From Candidatus Spongiisociaceae bacterium (GTDB lineage: Bacteria > Actinomycetota > Acidimicrobiia > Spongiisociales > Spongiisociaceae): a stretch of 64,000 bases of DNA. The notes under the pieces were generated by a model, which ran no database searches, was not told the origin of the DNA, and saw nothing but the letters and a program-made list of their open reading frames with translations. The position numbers and the translations under genes are program-made. The stretch lies in assembly GCA_965202665.1 (NCBI GenBank), contig OZ241841.1, positions 992,001-1,056,000 on the forward strand, given 5' to 3'. Below are positions 32,401 to 42,700 of this stretch, piece after piece; within the stretch, counting starts at the first letter, position 1, and every line of letters starts with the position of its first letter.

Positions 32401-35400
32401 TAATGGTAACCGCCCGTTTTCAGGGTGCTACTTCGGTGTTGTCGGCGGCGACTCCGGTGACGGTAACGGTCGGGTCGGCGGACACCAGCGGCGCGACGGT
32501 GCATACCGCGGTATGTTCTACGATGACGATGACAGCGGATGTGTGCACCAACCAGACGAACAATCAGTTCACGGTCAGCATCCCCGCCGGGGATGTCAGC
32601 GGTTCGGGTTCTTTTCAGCTGCGGGCCCGCGCCGATGGGGATGACACTGAGGGTATCGAGTATTTGAAACTGACCGGTTCTACTTCTATAGGTCAGGTGG
32701 CGTCCGCTCAGATGGGCGTTTTCGATCCGGGTCGGGCGGTTACTTTGTCTTTCCATGAGCCGACCAGCGCCGCTCCGGCCTTGTCGGGGATTACCGAGGA
32801 TGGGGGGGCGCAGACGGTGCGGGTGAAAGCCACCCTCGGCGCAGCCGCCTCATCGTCCGCCACGGTGACCGTAAACGTAGGGGCCGCGGGCGGAACCGCC
32901 ACTTTGGGAGCAACCGGGGACTACACCCGCGGGAGCGCCACGGCGACTATCACCATCGCTAGCGGCCAAACCAGTGGGACGGCCGATGTTGTGCTCACTC
33001 CCCGCAACGACGGAACGATTGAGGGGGCGGAAACCATTCGTTTCACCGCTTCCGCTACCGGCGGGTATCTGCCCGCGGTCGCTGATTTGTCCATTTTGGA
33101 GACGATCACTTTGGCCCTAAGCCAATCCACAGTAGATGAAAGAGACGCCAACGCCGGAGCCGTAACCGTTACCGCCTCATTCGCCGGGGCGTCCAGCTCC
33201 TCCCTCACCCAAGCCACCGACATAACCCTGTCGTTCGGGGCGGGAGAGAACGCGGAAGCGACGGATTTCACCGCCCCCGGTACCGCGGTAACGGTGACCA
33301 TCCCCGCTGGTTCTACTAGTAGTTCGGCGGTTGCTCTGTCTGGTTTGCTGATCACGGGGGACACGATCGCCGAGGACGCGGAAACTATCGACATCGACGG
33401 TACCGCCGGGGGGTTCGCGGTTAGCGGAACGACGCTGGTCATAACCGACGACGATCTAGAAGTGACCCTGACAGCGGATACTGACAGCATGGAAAGCGGG
33501 AATCAGAAAACCCTGTCGGAGGGCTCAACGGTTGCGGTGCGCGTGCGGGCCGCGTTCACCACCGCCACCAGCAACGATATAGGATCCGCTCTGCAAGTAC
33601 GCGTGACCGCGGAGGCTTTGTCGCCGGCGTCGGCTGAGGCGGGGGGAATCGATTTCACCCCTCCTGCTACCCCGGTTACGGTGTCCATCCCCGCCGGACA
33701 AACGCAAAGCGCTTGGACGAACTTGACGGGCCTGTTGGTTACGGATGATGCGGTAACCGAGTTGGCGGAAACGTTCAGAATCGCCGGAACGTCGGTGAAC
33801 AGCGGCGTAGGGATTACCCCGGACACGTTGACTATCGGAGCCAGCGACACCACTTTGGAAGTAACCGCCTCGCCGGGGAGGGTGACGGAAAGCACCGACG
33901 CCCACAACATAACGGTAACCGCCGGGTTCGCCGGAGCCACCTCCTCCGCGCTAACAACCAACACCGACGTAACGGTAACAATAACAGCCGGGGACACCAA
34001 CGGAGCCACCGTGGCGACAGCATGCTCTCAGACAATGACCGAAGATGTGTGCACCGACCAGACAGGCAACTCCTTCACCATCCGCATCCCCGCCGGGCAG
34101 CATCATCATACGGGGTCGTTTCAGCTGACCGCCCGGGTTGACACAGACGCGGAAACTACTGCGGAAACGGTGAAAATCAGCGGCTCGGCCACCGTCGCCG
34201 GAACATCCACCTCCGACGCCGCCACCATCAACATCGCGGACAGCGGCATACGGCTTGCCCTGACCAACCCCTCCAACAACAACGCCCTGTCCGCATTGGC
34301 GGAAAACAGCGGAACAACCACCATACGGGTTACCGCCACCCTGCCGGTGAACGCCCCTACCGGCGGCACGGTGGTGGGCCTGGAGATCGACGAGGACAGC
34401 ACCGCCACCGCGGACCCCAACAACGTTTGGACCAACCGGGAAGACTACCGAGTGGCCTGGCCCTCTAAACCGAGCGGAACCCCCAACGACTACAACACCG
34501 GCATCACCATCCCCGCCGGTACCAAAACCGGCTACGTGGATATAGATATTACGGTAAACGATGACAACGTCGACGAACCGACAAGAAGGATAATCATCGA
34601 CGGCAGTCATGTAACAATCAACAACGTGGATTATCACACGGTAGCCGCCGCCCTCACCATCAACGACAACGACGGCCCTCCCACCGCTATCACCCTCACC
34701 CTGCACAGCACCCGCGCCGACAGCAGCGGGGAACACCTCACCCAAGCCCACGAAAACGAAGAAACCCGGGTGCGGGTGGTAGCCACCTTCCAGGGAACAG
34801 CCACCCGCTCCGCCGCCACCTTCGTCCCCATCGTGGTCGGCAAAACCGGGGAAGCCACCGAAGGAACCGACTACCAAACGGTAGCCGACTTCAATGTGGA
34901 AATCCCCGGCTACCAAAACAGCGGCACCGACACTTTCCTGCTCAAAACCGACGGAACATACAACGACGCAACCTTTGAGGGCCCGGAAACGCTAACCGTC
35001 GCCGGCGGAACGCTCGCCGGATTCACGATCGCGCAAGACACCCTCACCCTCATCGACGACGACCTGACCGTAACCCTCACCCTCACCCCAAACCAAGGGA
35101 CCGAAGGAGACACCAACACGTCCGTAACCCTACAAGCCGCCTACCCGACCGGGGAAACCCTCCCCAACCCCCACACCATAACCCTCGCCCTCGGGGGAAC
35201 CGCCGCCGCCGTCGACTACACCGCCCCCGCCCTCACCCCCCTAACCATCCTCGCTAATCAAAACAGCGCCACCCGAACCCTCAGCTTGCCTATCACCGAT
35301 GACAGCATCGATGAACCGGATGAAACCGTACAGATAACTGGAACCTCCGCCGGAATCACTATCACCCCCGCCACGTTTACTATCAAAGACAACGACGATC

Positions 35401-36566
35401 CACCCAGCGGCGTCACCCTCACCGTCAACCCCAACAGCTTACCCGAAGGGCAAACCAACCGCCAGATCACCATCACCGCCCGGCTGGACGGCTCCACCAC
35501 CCGATCTGAAACCACCCAAGTGGCTATAACCATCCCCGGCCCCGACAGCACCACCACCCCCGCCGACTACCAAATCACCAACCAGCCCACCACCATAACC
35601 ATCCGCCCCGCAACACAAACCGGTAGCGCAACCTTTAACATAACCATCCCCAACACCGACGGCCCCGAACCAAACGAAACCCTGCAGATAACCGGAACCG
35701 CCGCCGGATTCACCGCCATCACCCCCGCCGTCCTCACCATCCGCAACAGCGCACCCCCGCCCCCGCCCCCGCCGCCCCCAACCAGCACACCAAGCGCACC
35801 CACCGGAGGAGGAGGCGGAGGAGGTGGAGGTGGTGGAGGGGGCGGAGGAGGAGGGGGTGCGCCGCCGCCGGCCGCGCCGCCACCCGCCGCCGGAGGAGGA
35901 GCGCCGCCCCCCGCCGCAGGAGGGGCCCCGCCGCCTGCTGGGCCCGCCCCGCCGGTTGCGCCGCCGCCTGCGCCGGTGGCCTGTCAGGGTCGGTTCTGCG
36001 ACGACGACGGCAGCGTCCACGAACCCAACATCGCGTTGATGGCCGAATGGGGAATAACCATCGGATGCGACGCCAACGACCCCACCAAATACTGCCCCAG
36101 CGCCCAAATCACCCGCAGGCAAATGGCCACCTTCATCTACCGAGCCGTCAACCCCCGCTGGCCCATCCAAATCCCCACCGGCGTAACAATCAACGACGTC
36201 CCCGCCGACGCCAGCTACCGCCCCTACGCCAACTGGCTGGTAAGCATCGGAGCCTTCCAGCTAAACGACGGGAACTTCAACCCCCGGGGCATAGTAACCC
36301 GAGCCGACATGGCCGTCATGATGGTCGCCGCTTTCCCCCACATCCAAGCCGTAACCGAATCGCAAAACCTGTTCGCCGACACCGGCAATCTGGACGCAGC
36401 GGTAGTGCGGGCTATTGAAGGCATAGCCGAAAGCGAAGTAACCAGGGGATGCACCACCACGCCCCCCCTCAGATACTGTCCCAACAATCCGGTGACCCGC
36501 GCCCAGATGGCGTCCTTCTTCGTAAGAGTAATCAACCAAGCCCCCACCACCGACGGAGGATCATAA
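29409..36566 (+). CDS. Giant secreted Calx-beta/Ig-like repeat surface protein with SLH-like domains, copy 2
   Basis: Same architecture; highly similar to copy 1 outside the N-terminal ~330 aa. Confidence 0.88.
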   Translation: MRRLGLLALAAGLVLSLLPAVPAVMGATAITFSLVDPSGNAVTSVGEDSGSKVVRLRASVASAPSSNLQISISRLSGTATQGTRIDLNRFDPGRPPRLVCNSGDYCANEPWNLTIHRNQTSVTSTNFTIELRSDRITEEHETIIFSGSASGHTVTPATLTITDQDRAIKVNISQDTLRERGEGESMSGLYSHLFEPTITVVVGGVTNGVFTASTSSTYSQALAYSESNTTNMRILTQAGTAGVIDTVNQNAYYNTDVIVDHNSDGNDPIGVKIAANSVSGTTHFVSGGGSITYQLRIIRDGVVEPDEVVYVRLNTVPSGWTVFRTPITIQDANRRVSLTVDTDSEAMGNQDVLTEGDSGSGVSVSANFWNATSSVLPSATAVTLSAAAETPAGAGKATAADFTYAPSTANTITFPARNITASGSATLAGLTITDDSVVEGPETFLVNGSSVLGTATNADTLTIYDNDADIELEVSPSSVDEQAGSQPVTVTARFKGSSSILTTATNVTVSVAGSGGASLGSSCPTTSGQDACTNLTNNQMTVSIPAGATSGTGTFMVTVPDDSTSESGEKLTLSGSASVGGTAVTVESVDLPIVDVGTRVDLSLHEATAGEAALAGIAEGGGAETVRVKATAGAAVTSDTTISVNVGAAGGTATLGTCTGSGQSRSCTSGDYDREAATVDVTIASGETSGTADVTITPLSDTVAEGEETVQFTGSAAGFAVFPADLKITEEITLTLSQPSIGESATNAGAATVTAAFAGASTSELTGATVVTLSFGAGENAETLDFTAPGTAITVSIPASSTSSSATALTGLLITGDSIAEGEEKIDVGGTADGFVVSGTELTINDDDLGVTLTADTDSATGQQQTLPEGEAAAVRVRARFTSATTNDLTAAHTVQVTAEEGSPVSATSGGVDFTAPGTTATVTMPVGTALQSGWVNLTGLSVADDTIAEGAETFLITGTATGGTVVAETITIVDDDVDVTLSASPAEVVEQAADHQIMVTARFQGATSVLSAATPVTVTVGSADTSGATVHTAVCSTMTMTADVCTNQTNNQFTVSIPAGDVSGSGSFQLRARADGDDTEGIEYLKLTGSTSIGQVASAQMGVFDPGRAVTLSFHEPTSAAPALSGITEDGGAQTVRVKATLGAAASSSATVTVNVGAAGGTATLGATGDYTRGSATATITIASGQTSGTADVVLTPRNDGTIEGAETIRFTASATGGYLPAVADLSILETITLALSQSTVDERDANAGAVTVTASFAGASSSSLTQATDITLSFGAGENAEATDFTAPGTAVTVTIPAGSTSSSAVALSGLLITGDTIAEDAETIDIDGTAGGFAVSGTTLVITDDDLEVTLTADTDSMESGNQKTLSEGSTVAVRVRAAFTTATSNDIGSALQVRVTAEALSPASAEAGGIDFTPPATPVTVSIPAGQTQSAWTNLTGLLVTDDAVTELAETFRIAGTSVNSGVGITPDTLTIGASDTTLEVTASPGRVTESTDAHNITVTAGFAGATSSALTTNTDVTVTITAGDTNGATVATACSQTMTEDVCTDQTGNSFTIRIPAGQHHHTGSFQLTARVDTDAETTAETVKISGSATVAGTSTSDAATINIADSGIRLALTNPSNNNALSALAENSGTTTIRVTATLPVNAPTGGTVVGLEIDEDSTATADPNNVWTNREDYRVAWPSKPSGTPNDYNTGITIPAGTKTGYVDIDITVNDDNVDEPTRRIIIDGSHVTINNVDYHTVAAALTINDNDGPPTAITLTLHSTRADSSGEHLTQAHENEETRVRVVATFQGTATRSAATFVPIVVGKTGEATEGTDYQTVADFNVEIPGYQNSGTDTFLLKTDGTYNDATFEGPETLTVAGGTLAGFTIAQDTLTLIDDDLTVTLTLTPNQGTEGDTNTSVTLQAAYPTGETLPNPHTITLALGGTAAAVDYTAPALTPLTILANQNSATRTLSLPITDDSIDEPDETVQITGTSAGITITPATFTIKDNDDPPSGVTLTVNPNSLPEGQTNRQITITARLDGSTTRSETTQVAITIPGPDSTTTPADYQITNQPTTITIRPATQTGSATFNITIPNTDGPEPNETLQITGTAAGFTAITPAVLTIRNSAPPPPPPPPPTSTPSAPTGGGGGGGGGGGGGGGGGGAPPPAAPPPAAGGGAPPPAAGGAPPPAGPAPPVAPPPAPVACQGRFCDDDGSVHEPNIALMAEWGITIGCDANDPTKYCPSAQITRRQMATFIYRAVNPRWPIQIPTGVTINDVPADASYRPYANWLVSIGAFQLNDGNFNPRGIVTRADMAVMMVAAFPHIQAVTESQNLFADTGNLDAAVVRAIEGIAESEVTRGCTTTPPLRYCPNNPVTRAQMASFFVRVINQAPTTDGGS

Positions 36567-36637
36567 CCCCCCTGGTTCAAAAGGTGGCCAAATTGGGGAA
36601 ACGGCGGTTCAACGCCTTGCTGGCGCGGGGGGTTGAT

Positions 36638-36664
36638 TTGACAAATTGGGGGGGGGGGTAGCGT
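36638..36664 (+). promoter_or_regulatory. Putative phase-variable promoter 3
   Basis: TTGACA-AATT-G11-TAGCGT, identical to promoters 1 and 2. Confidence 0.8.
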
Positions 36665-36723
36665 TTTTCGTAATCGGCCCCGTTTACGGGCTGGACCGGA
36701 AAGCGAAGGATGGAGGTTGGGTG

Positions 36724-39700
36724 ATGCGACGGCTGGGGCTGTTGGCGTTGGCGACGGGAATGGTCCTGTCGGTGTTGCCGGTTGCGCCTGCGGAGGTGGG
36801 GGCGCAGACGACGGTTACGCTCAGTTGGGTTGATCCTTCGGGCAACGCGGTGACCTCGGTGGGGGAGGACATCGGTTCGAGGATCTTGCGGTTGAAGGCG
36901 TCGGTGACCTCGGCGCCATCCTCCGATTTGCGGGTGTTGCTTGATAGTACGCCGGGCGGTACCGCCTCTGGAACAACGTGGCGTGATGCTAGAACCTTCG
37001 AGGATCGTAACTTAGGGCGTCCTCCGAGGATTGTTTGCAATGGTGCTGATTACTGTGTTAACGTACCTTATTCAGTAACAATTAGCGCGGGCACTACTAC
37101 CGGTACTAGTTCTAATACTACATTCTATCTGAAGTCGGACAGGATTACGGAGGATCATGAGACCATCCTGATCAGTGGCACCTTTGCCGGGTATACGGTG
37201 ACTGACGCTACTTTGAGGATTACCGATCAGGACCGGGCAATTAAAGTGGATGTAGCGTCAGATTATTTAGTACTGCGGGAGAGAGGAGAAGGTGAATCTA
37301 ATAATCGAAACTATGGTCATATCTATTGGGATAGTCCGAATGCTATTGTGGGTGGGGTGACGAATGGTGTGTTCACTGCTTCTACTTCTTCAACATACAA
37401 CGCAAGGTTGTCGGGAATGCGGCTAAGATTTGACAGCGGGACAGCTACGGTATCCAACTGGGATAACAGTGCTAGCTATGATGTCTATCATCAGCATGGT
37501 CCTGCTGACGATGTAATGAATGCAGCGATAAACGCTAGATCTATTTCCGGGGCTGTCGCTGGCGATACCCCGGGTATTCGACTTGCTTTGGGAATAATCG
37601 CTGATAGGAAGGTGGAGATGGATGAGATATTTTATCTTAAGGTGGACGTTCCGCAGGGTTGGACCCAGTTTAGAACTCCGATAACTGTTAAGGATGCGAA
37701 TCGTCGGATGGGTTTAACGGTGGATACTGATAGTGAGGCTATGGGGGATCAGGATGTGTTGACGGAGGGTGATCCTGGTTCGGGGGTGTCGGTGTCGGCT
37801 AGTTTTTGGAACGCAACGCAGTCGCAGGTTTCTTCGGCGACGACGGTGACGTTGTCGGCGACGGCGCAGACTCCGGCGGGGGCGGGGAAGGCCACATCGG
37901 CTGATTTCACGTATGCTCCGTCCACGGCGAATACGATTTCTTTCCCGGCTGGAAGCGCGACTGCTTCGGGTACGGCGACGTTGGCGGGGTTGACGGTTAC
38001 CGATGATATGGTTGTGGAGGGGCCGGAAACCTTCTATGTGGGTGGGTCGTCGGCGCTGGGAACGGCTAGGGGGTCTGTGTTGACGATTTATGACGATGAC
38101 GCTGATATTGAGTTGGAGGTGTCTCCGTCGTCGGTGGAGGAGCAGGCGACAGCGCAGCGGGTTACGGTGACGGCCCGGTTTAAGGGGTCGTCGTCGGTTT
38201 TGACGTCGGCGACTGATGTGGCGGTGACGGTGGCGGGGTCGGGTGGGGCTTCTTTGGGGTGTCCGGCGAATACGAACGATGCTTGTACTAGTTTGACTAA
38301 TAATCAGATGACGGTGTCTATTCCGGCGGGTGCGACGTCGGGGAGCGACACGTTTATGGTGACGGTTCCTGATGATAGTACGAGCGAGACGGGGGAGAAG
38401 TTGACGGTGTCGGGGGCGGCGTCGGTGGGTGGGACAGCGGTGTTGGTGGAGTCGGCGGATTTGCCGATTATCGACGCGGGGACGCGGGTGGATTTGTCTT
38501 TGCATGAGGCGACGGCGGGGGAGGCGGCGTTGGCGGGGATAGCGGAGGATGGGGGGGCGCGGACGGTGCGGGTGAAGGCTACTGCGAGGGCGGCGGTGAC
38601 CTCGGACACGACCATTAGCGTGAACGTGGGGGCAACGGGGGGTACGGCGACTTTGGGGACATGCTCGGGGAGCGGTCAGTCCCGGTCGTGCGCGAGCGGT
38701 GATTATGATCGGGGGTCGGAGACGGTGGATGTGACGATTGCGTCGGGTGAGACTTCCGGGACGGCGGATGTGACGATCACTCCTTTGTTGGATACGGTGG
38801 CGGAGGGGGAGGAAACTGTTCGATTTACCGGTTCCGCTTCTGGGTTCGCGGTGTTTCCCGTTGATTTGAAAATTACTGAAGAGATTACGTTGACGCTTAG
38901 CCAGTCATCGGTTGGCGAGGGCGCAACGAATGCGGGTGCGGCGTCGGTGACGGCGGCGTTTGCGGGAGCGACTACTTCAGAGTTGAGCGGGGCGACGGTT
39001 GTTACGTTGTCGTTTGGGGCGGGCGAGAACGCGGAGGCGCAGGATTTCACCGCTCCGGGCACGGCGTTGACGTTGAGCATCCCGGCTTCTTCCACTTCTA
39101 GTTCCGCTACCGCTCTAACCGGTTTGCTGATTACGGGGGATGCGATCGCGGAAGGGGAGGAGAAAATCGATGTTGGGGGGACGGCGGAGGGGTTTGGGGT
39201 GAGCGGAACGGAGTTGGCGATAACCGACGATGATATGGGGGTTACTTTGACGGTGGACACGGACAGCGCGTCCGGGGTGCAGAGAAACCTGTCGGAGGGT
39301 GAGGCGGCGGCGGTGCGGGTGCGTGCCGCTTTCACTAGCGCCACTTCCAATGGTTTAGGATCCGCTCTGCAAATAAGCGTCACCGCGGGGGCTTCGTCGC
39401 CGGCGTCGGCGACTGGAGGGGGTGTTGATTTCACAGCTCCCGGTACGGCGGTGGTGTTGTCTATACCAACCGGGTCGACCAGCTTGCAAAGCAGCTGGGC
39501 GGATCTCACCGGGTTGTCGGTAGCGGATGATACGGTAGCGGAAGGGTCGGAGACGTTTCTCGTCACCGGTACCGCAACAGGCGGCGCGACGGTGGCTTCA
39601 GACACGATAACTATCGTTGATGATGACGTTGACGTGACTTTGTCGGCGTCTCCGGCGGAGGTGGTGGAGCAAGCGGCGGCGCATCAGATAACGGTAACCG

Positions 39701-42700
39701 CCCGTTTCCAGGGGGCCACCTCGGTGCTGTCAGCGGCGACTCCGGTAACAGTGACAGTCGCCCCAGCGGACACCAACTGGGCAGGGGTACAGACGGCGGC
39801 GTGTCCTATTTCGTCATCGGCGGATGTGTGCACCGACCAAACGAACAATCAGTTCACGATCAGCATCCCCGCCGGGGACGTCAACGCCTCGGGTTCCTTC
39901 CAACTGCAAGCCCGCGTCGACGGGGATAACACCGAGGATATCGAATACTTGAAACTCACCGGTGCTACTTCCATAGGCTCGGTAGCCCCCGCTCAGATGG
40001 GCGTTTACGACCCAGACCGGCAGATTACTTTGTCCTTCCATCAGGCCTCCAGCGGCGACCCTGCCCTGTCGGGCATTACCGAGGACGGGGGCGCGCAGAC
40101 GGTACGGGTGAAAGCCACCCTCGGCGGAAACGCCGCGTCGGCTACCACAGTGACCGTAAACGTGGGGGCCGCAGGCGGAACCGCCACCCTGGGATCCACC
40201 GGGGATTACACCCGCGGGAGCGCCACCGCGACTATCACCATCAACAGCAACCAAGCCGATGGAACAGCCGACGTTGTGCTCACTCCCCGCAATGACGGAA
40301 CAGCCGAAGGAGCGGAGACCGTCCGTTTCACCGCCTCCGCTACTGGGTATCTGCCCGACTCCGCCGACCTGTCCATCACTGAAGCCATCCAGTTGACGGT
40401 CAGCCGGTCTTCGGTGGGTGAGGGAGCGGGAAACGCGGGAGCGGCGTCGGTGACGGCTTCCTTCGCGGGGGCGTCCAGCTCCTCACTCACCCAACCAACG
40501 GATGTCACCTTGACCTTCGGGGCGGGCGAGGACGCGGAAGCGGCGGATTTCACCGCCCCGGGCGCCGCGCTAACGGTGAGCATCCCCGCTGGTTCCACCA
40601 CCAGCTCGGCTACCGCCTTGACCGGTTTGCTGATCACGGGGGATGCCATCGCCGAGGGAGCGGAGAAGATCGATATCGGGGGCACGGCGGGGGGCTTCCG
40701 GGTGAGCGGAACGGAGCTGGGGATAGCGGACGACGACTTGGGGGTGACTGTAGAAGCGGATACGGACAGCGTAATGAACGGGGAGCAAAAAAACCTGTCG
40801 GAAGGAACCACCCCCGCGGTGCGGGTACGGGCCAAGTTCACCACCGCTACCTCCAATGATTTGGGATCCGCTCTGCAGGTGCGCGTCGCCGCCGGGGTTT
40901 CGTCGCCGCAGTCGGCCGTGGGCGGGGGAACAGATTTCACCGCTCCCGCTACGCCGGTTACGGTGTCCATTCCCACCGGTCCAAACAGTGTGGAAAGCGC
41001 ATGGGCGAACCTGACAGGACTTGCGGTTACGGACGATGCGGTGACCGAGCCGGCGGAAACCTTTGCCATCACCGGTACCGTTTCCGGGAGAAGCGACGTG
41101 ACGATAACTTCGGATACGTTGACTATCGGGGCCAGCGACACCGCTTTGGAGGTTGCCGCGTCGCCGGGGACGGTGCATGAAAGCGGTTCTGCTCATACGA
41201 TAAGGGTGACCGCCGGGTTCGCCGGAGCGACCTCATCGGCTTTGTCGGCGGGCACCGCGGTGACGGTAGCGGTAGCGGCCGGGGACACCGACGGAGCCAC
41301 GGTGGCGGCGTCATGTTCTCAGTCGATGACCGAAGATGTTTGCACCGATCAGACGGGCAACTCATTTACCGTCACCATCCCCGCCGGGCAAACCAGCCAT
41401 ACGGGAACGTTCCATCTGACCGCCCGGGACGACAACGCAGCGGAAGGTGTGGAAAAGGTGAAAATCAGCGGCTCGGCCACCGTCGCCGGAGAATCAGAAT
41501 CGGATTCCGACACTATTAACGTTGTGGACAGCGGGATCACCCTTTCCTTAACCAACGCCTCCAATAACAACGCGGTGTCCGCGTTATCTGAGAGCAGTGC
41601 GTCTACCACTATACGGGTGACCGCTACTCTGCCCGCTGGTACGACCGTCCCTTCCGGGGGGGTGGTGGTAGGTCTGAACATAGCCGGTACCGCTACTGCG
41701 GACTCCGACAACGTTTGGACGGAAGAAGAGGACTACCGAATCAGCCTGCCCCCCAAACCGGCTTCCACTCCTGATGGGTACGCCACCGGCGTCACCATCG
41801 CGCAGGGGGAAACCAGCGGCGCCGCCGATATTACCATCACGGTGAACGATGACAACGTAGACGAACCGGACAAAACCATAACCGTCAACGGCAGCACGGT
41901 AACCATCAGCAGCGTCGTCTACCACACGGTAGCCGCTGCGTTGACTATCAGCGACAACGACGACCCGCCCGCCAACATCGACCTCGCCCTCCACCGCGAC
42001 GACGAGGGCGACATCGGGGCGGCGCTCACCCAAGTACCTGAAGGAGGCGAAGACGTAGTGTGGGTGCGGGCTTCTTTTCAGGGAACCGTCACCCGCTCCG
42101 CCGCTACTTCCGTGCCGATTGTGGTCGGTAAAGCCGCCGGGGAATCCACACCAGGAACTGACTATCAAACGGTAAGCGCCTTCAACGTGGTGATCGACCC
42201 CTACCAAACCAGCGGAACCGGCACCTTCACCCTCAAAACCGACGGAACATATGACGACGAAAACCTTGAAGGGAACGAAACGTTGACCGTCGCCGGCGGA
42301 ACCCTCGCCGGTTTCACCATCGGGCAAGACACCCTCACCATCATCGACGACGAAACCATCACCCTCACCCTCACCCCAGACGAGGTGAATGAAGGAGACG
42401 CGGTCGCGGCCGCAACCCTGCGAGCCGCCTACCCGGGCGCGGCCCTCACCACCTCCCAAACCATAAACCTGGCCCTCGGAGGAGACGCCGTCGCCGGAAC
42501 CGACTACACCGCCCCCACCCTCACCACACTGGAAATCCCCGCCAACCAAAACAGCGCCACCCTCCCCACCTTCGCCCTGCAAACCACCGAGGACAACATC
42601 GCCGAAGGAGACGAAATTTTGCAAATAACCGGAACGGTCGCCGGATACGCCGTCACCCCCGCCGCTTTCACCATCAAAGACGACGACAACCCACCCACTA

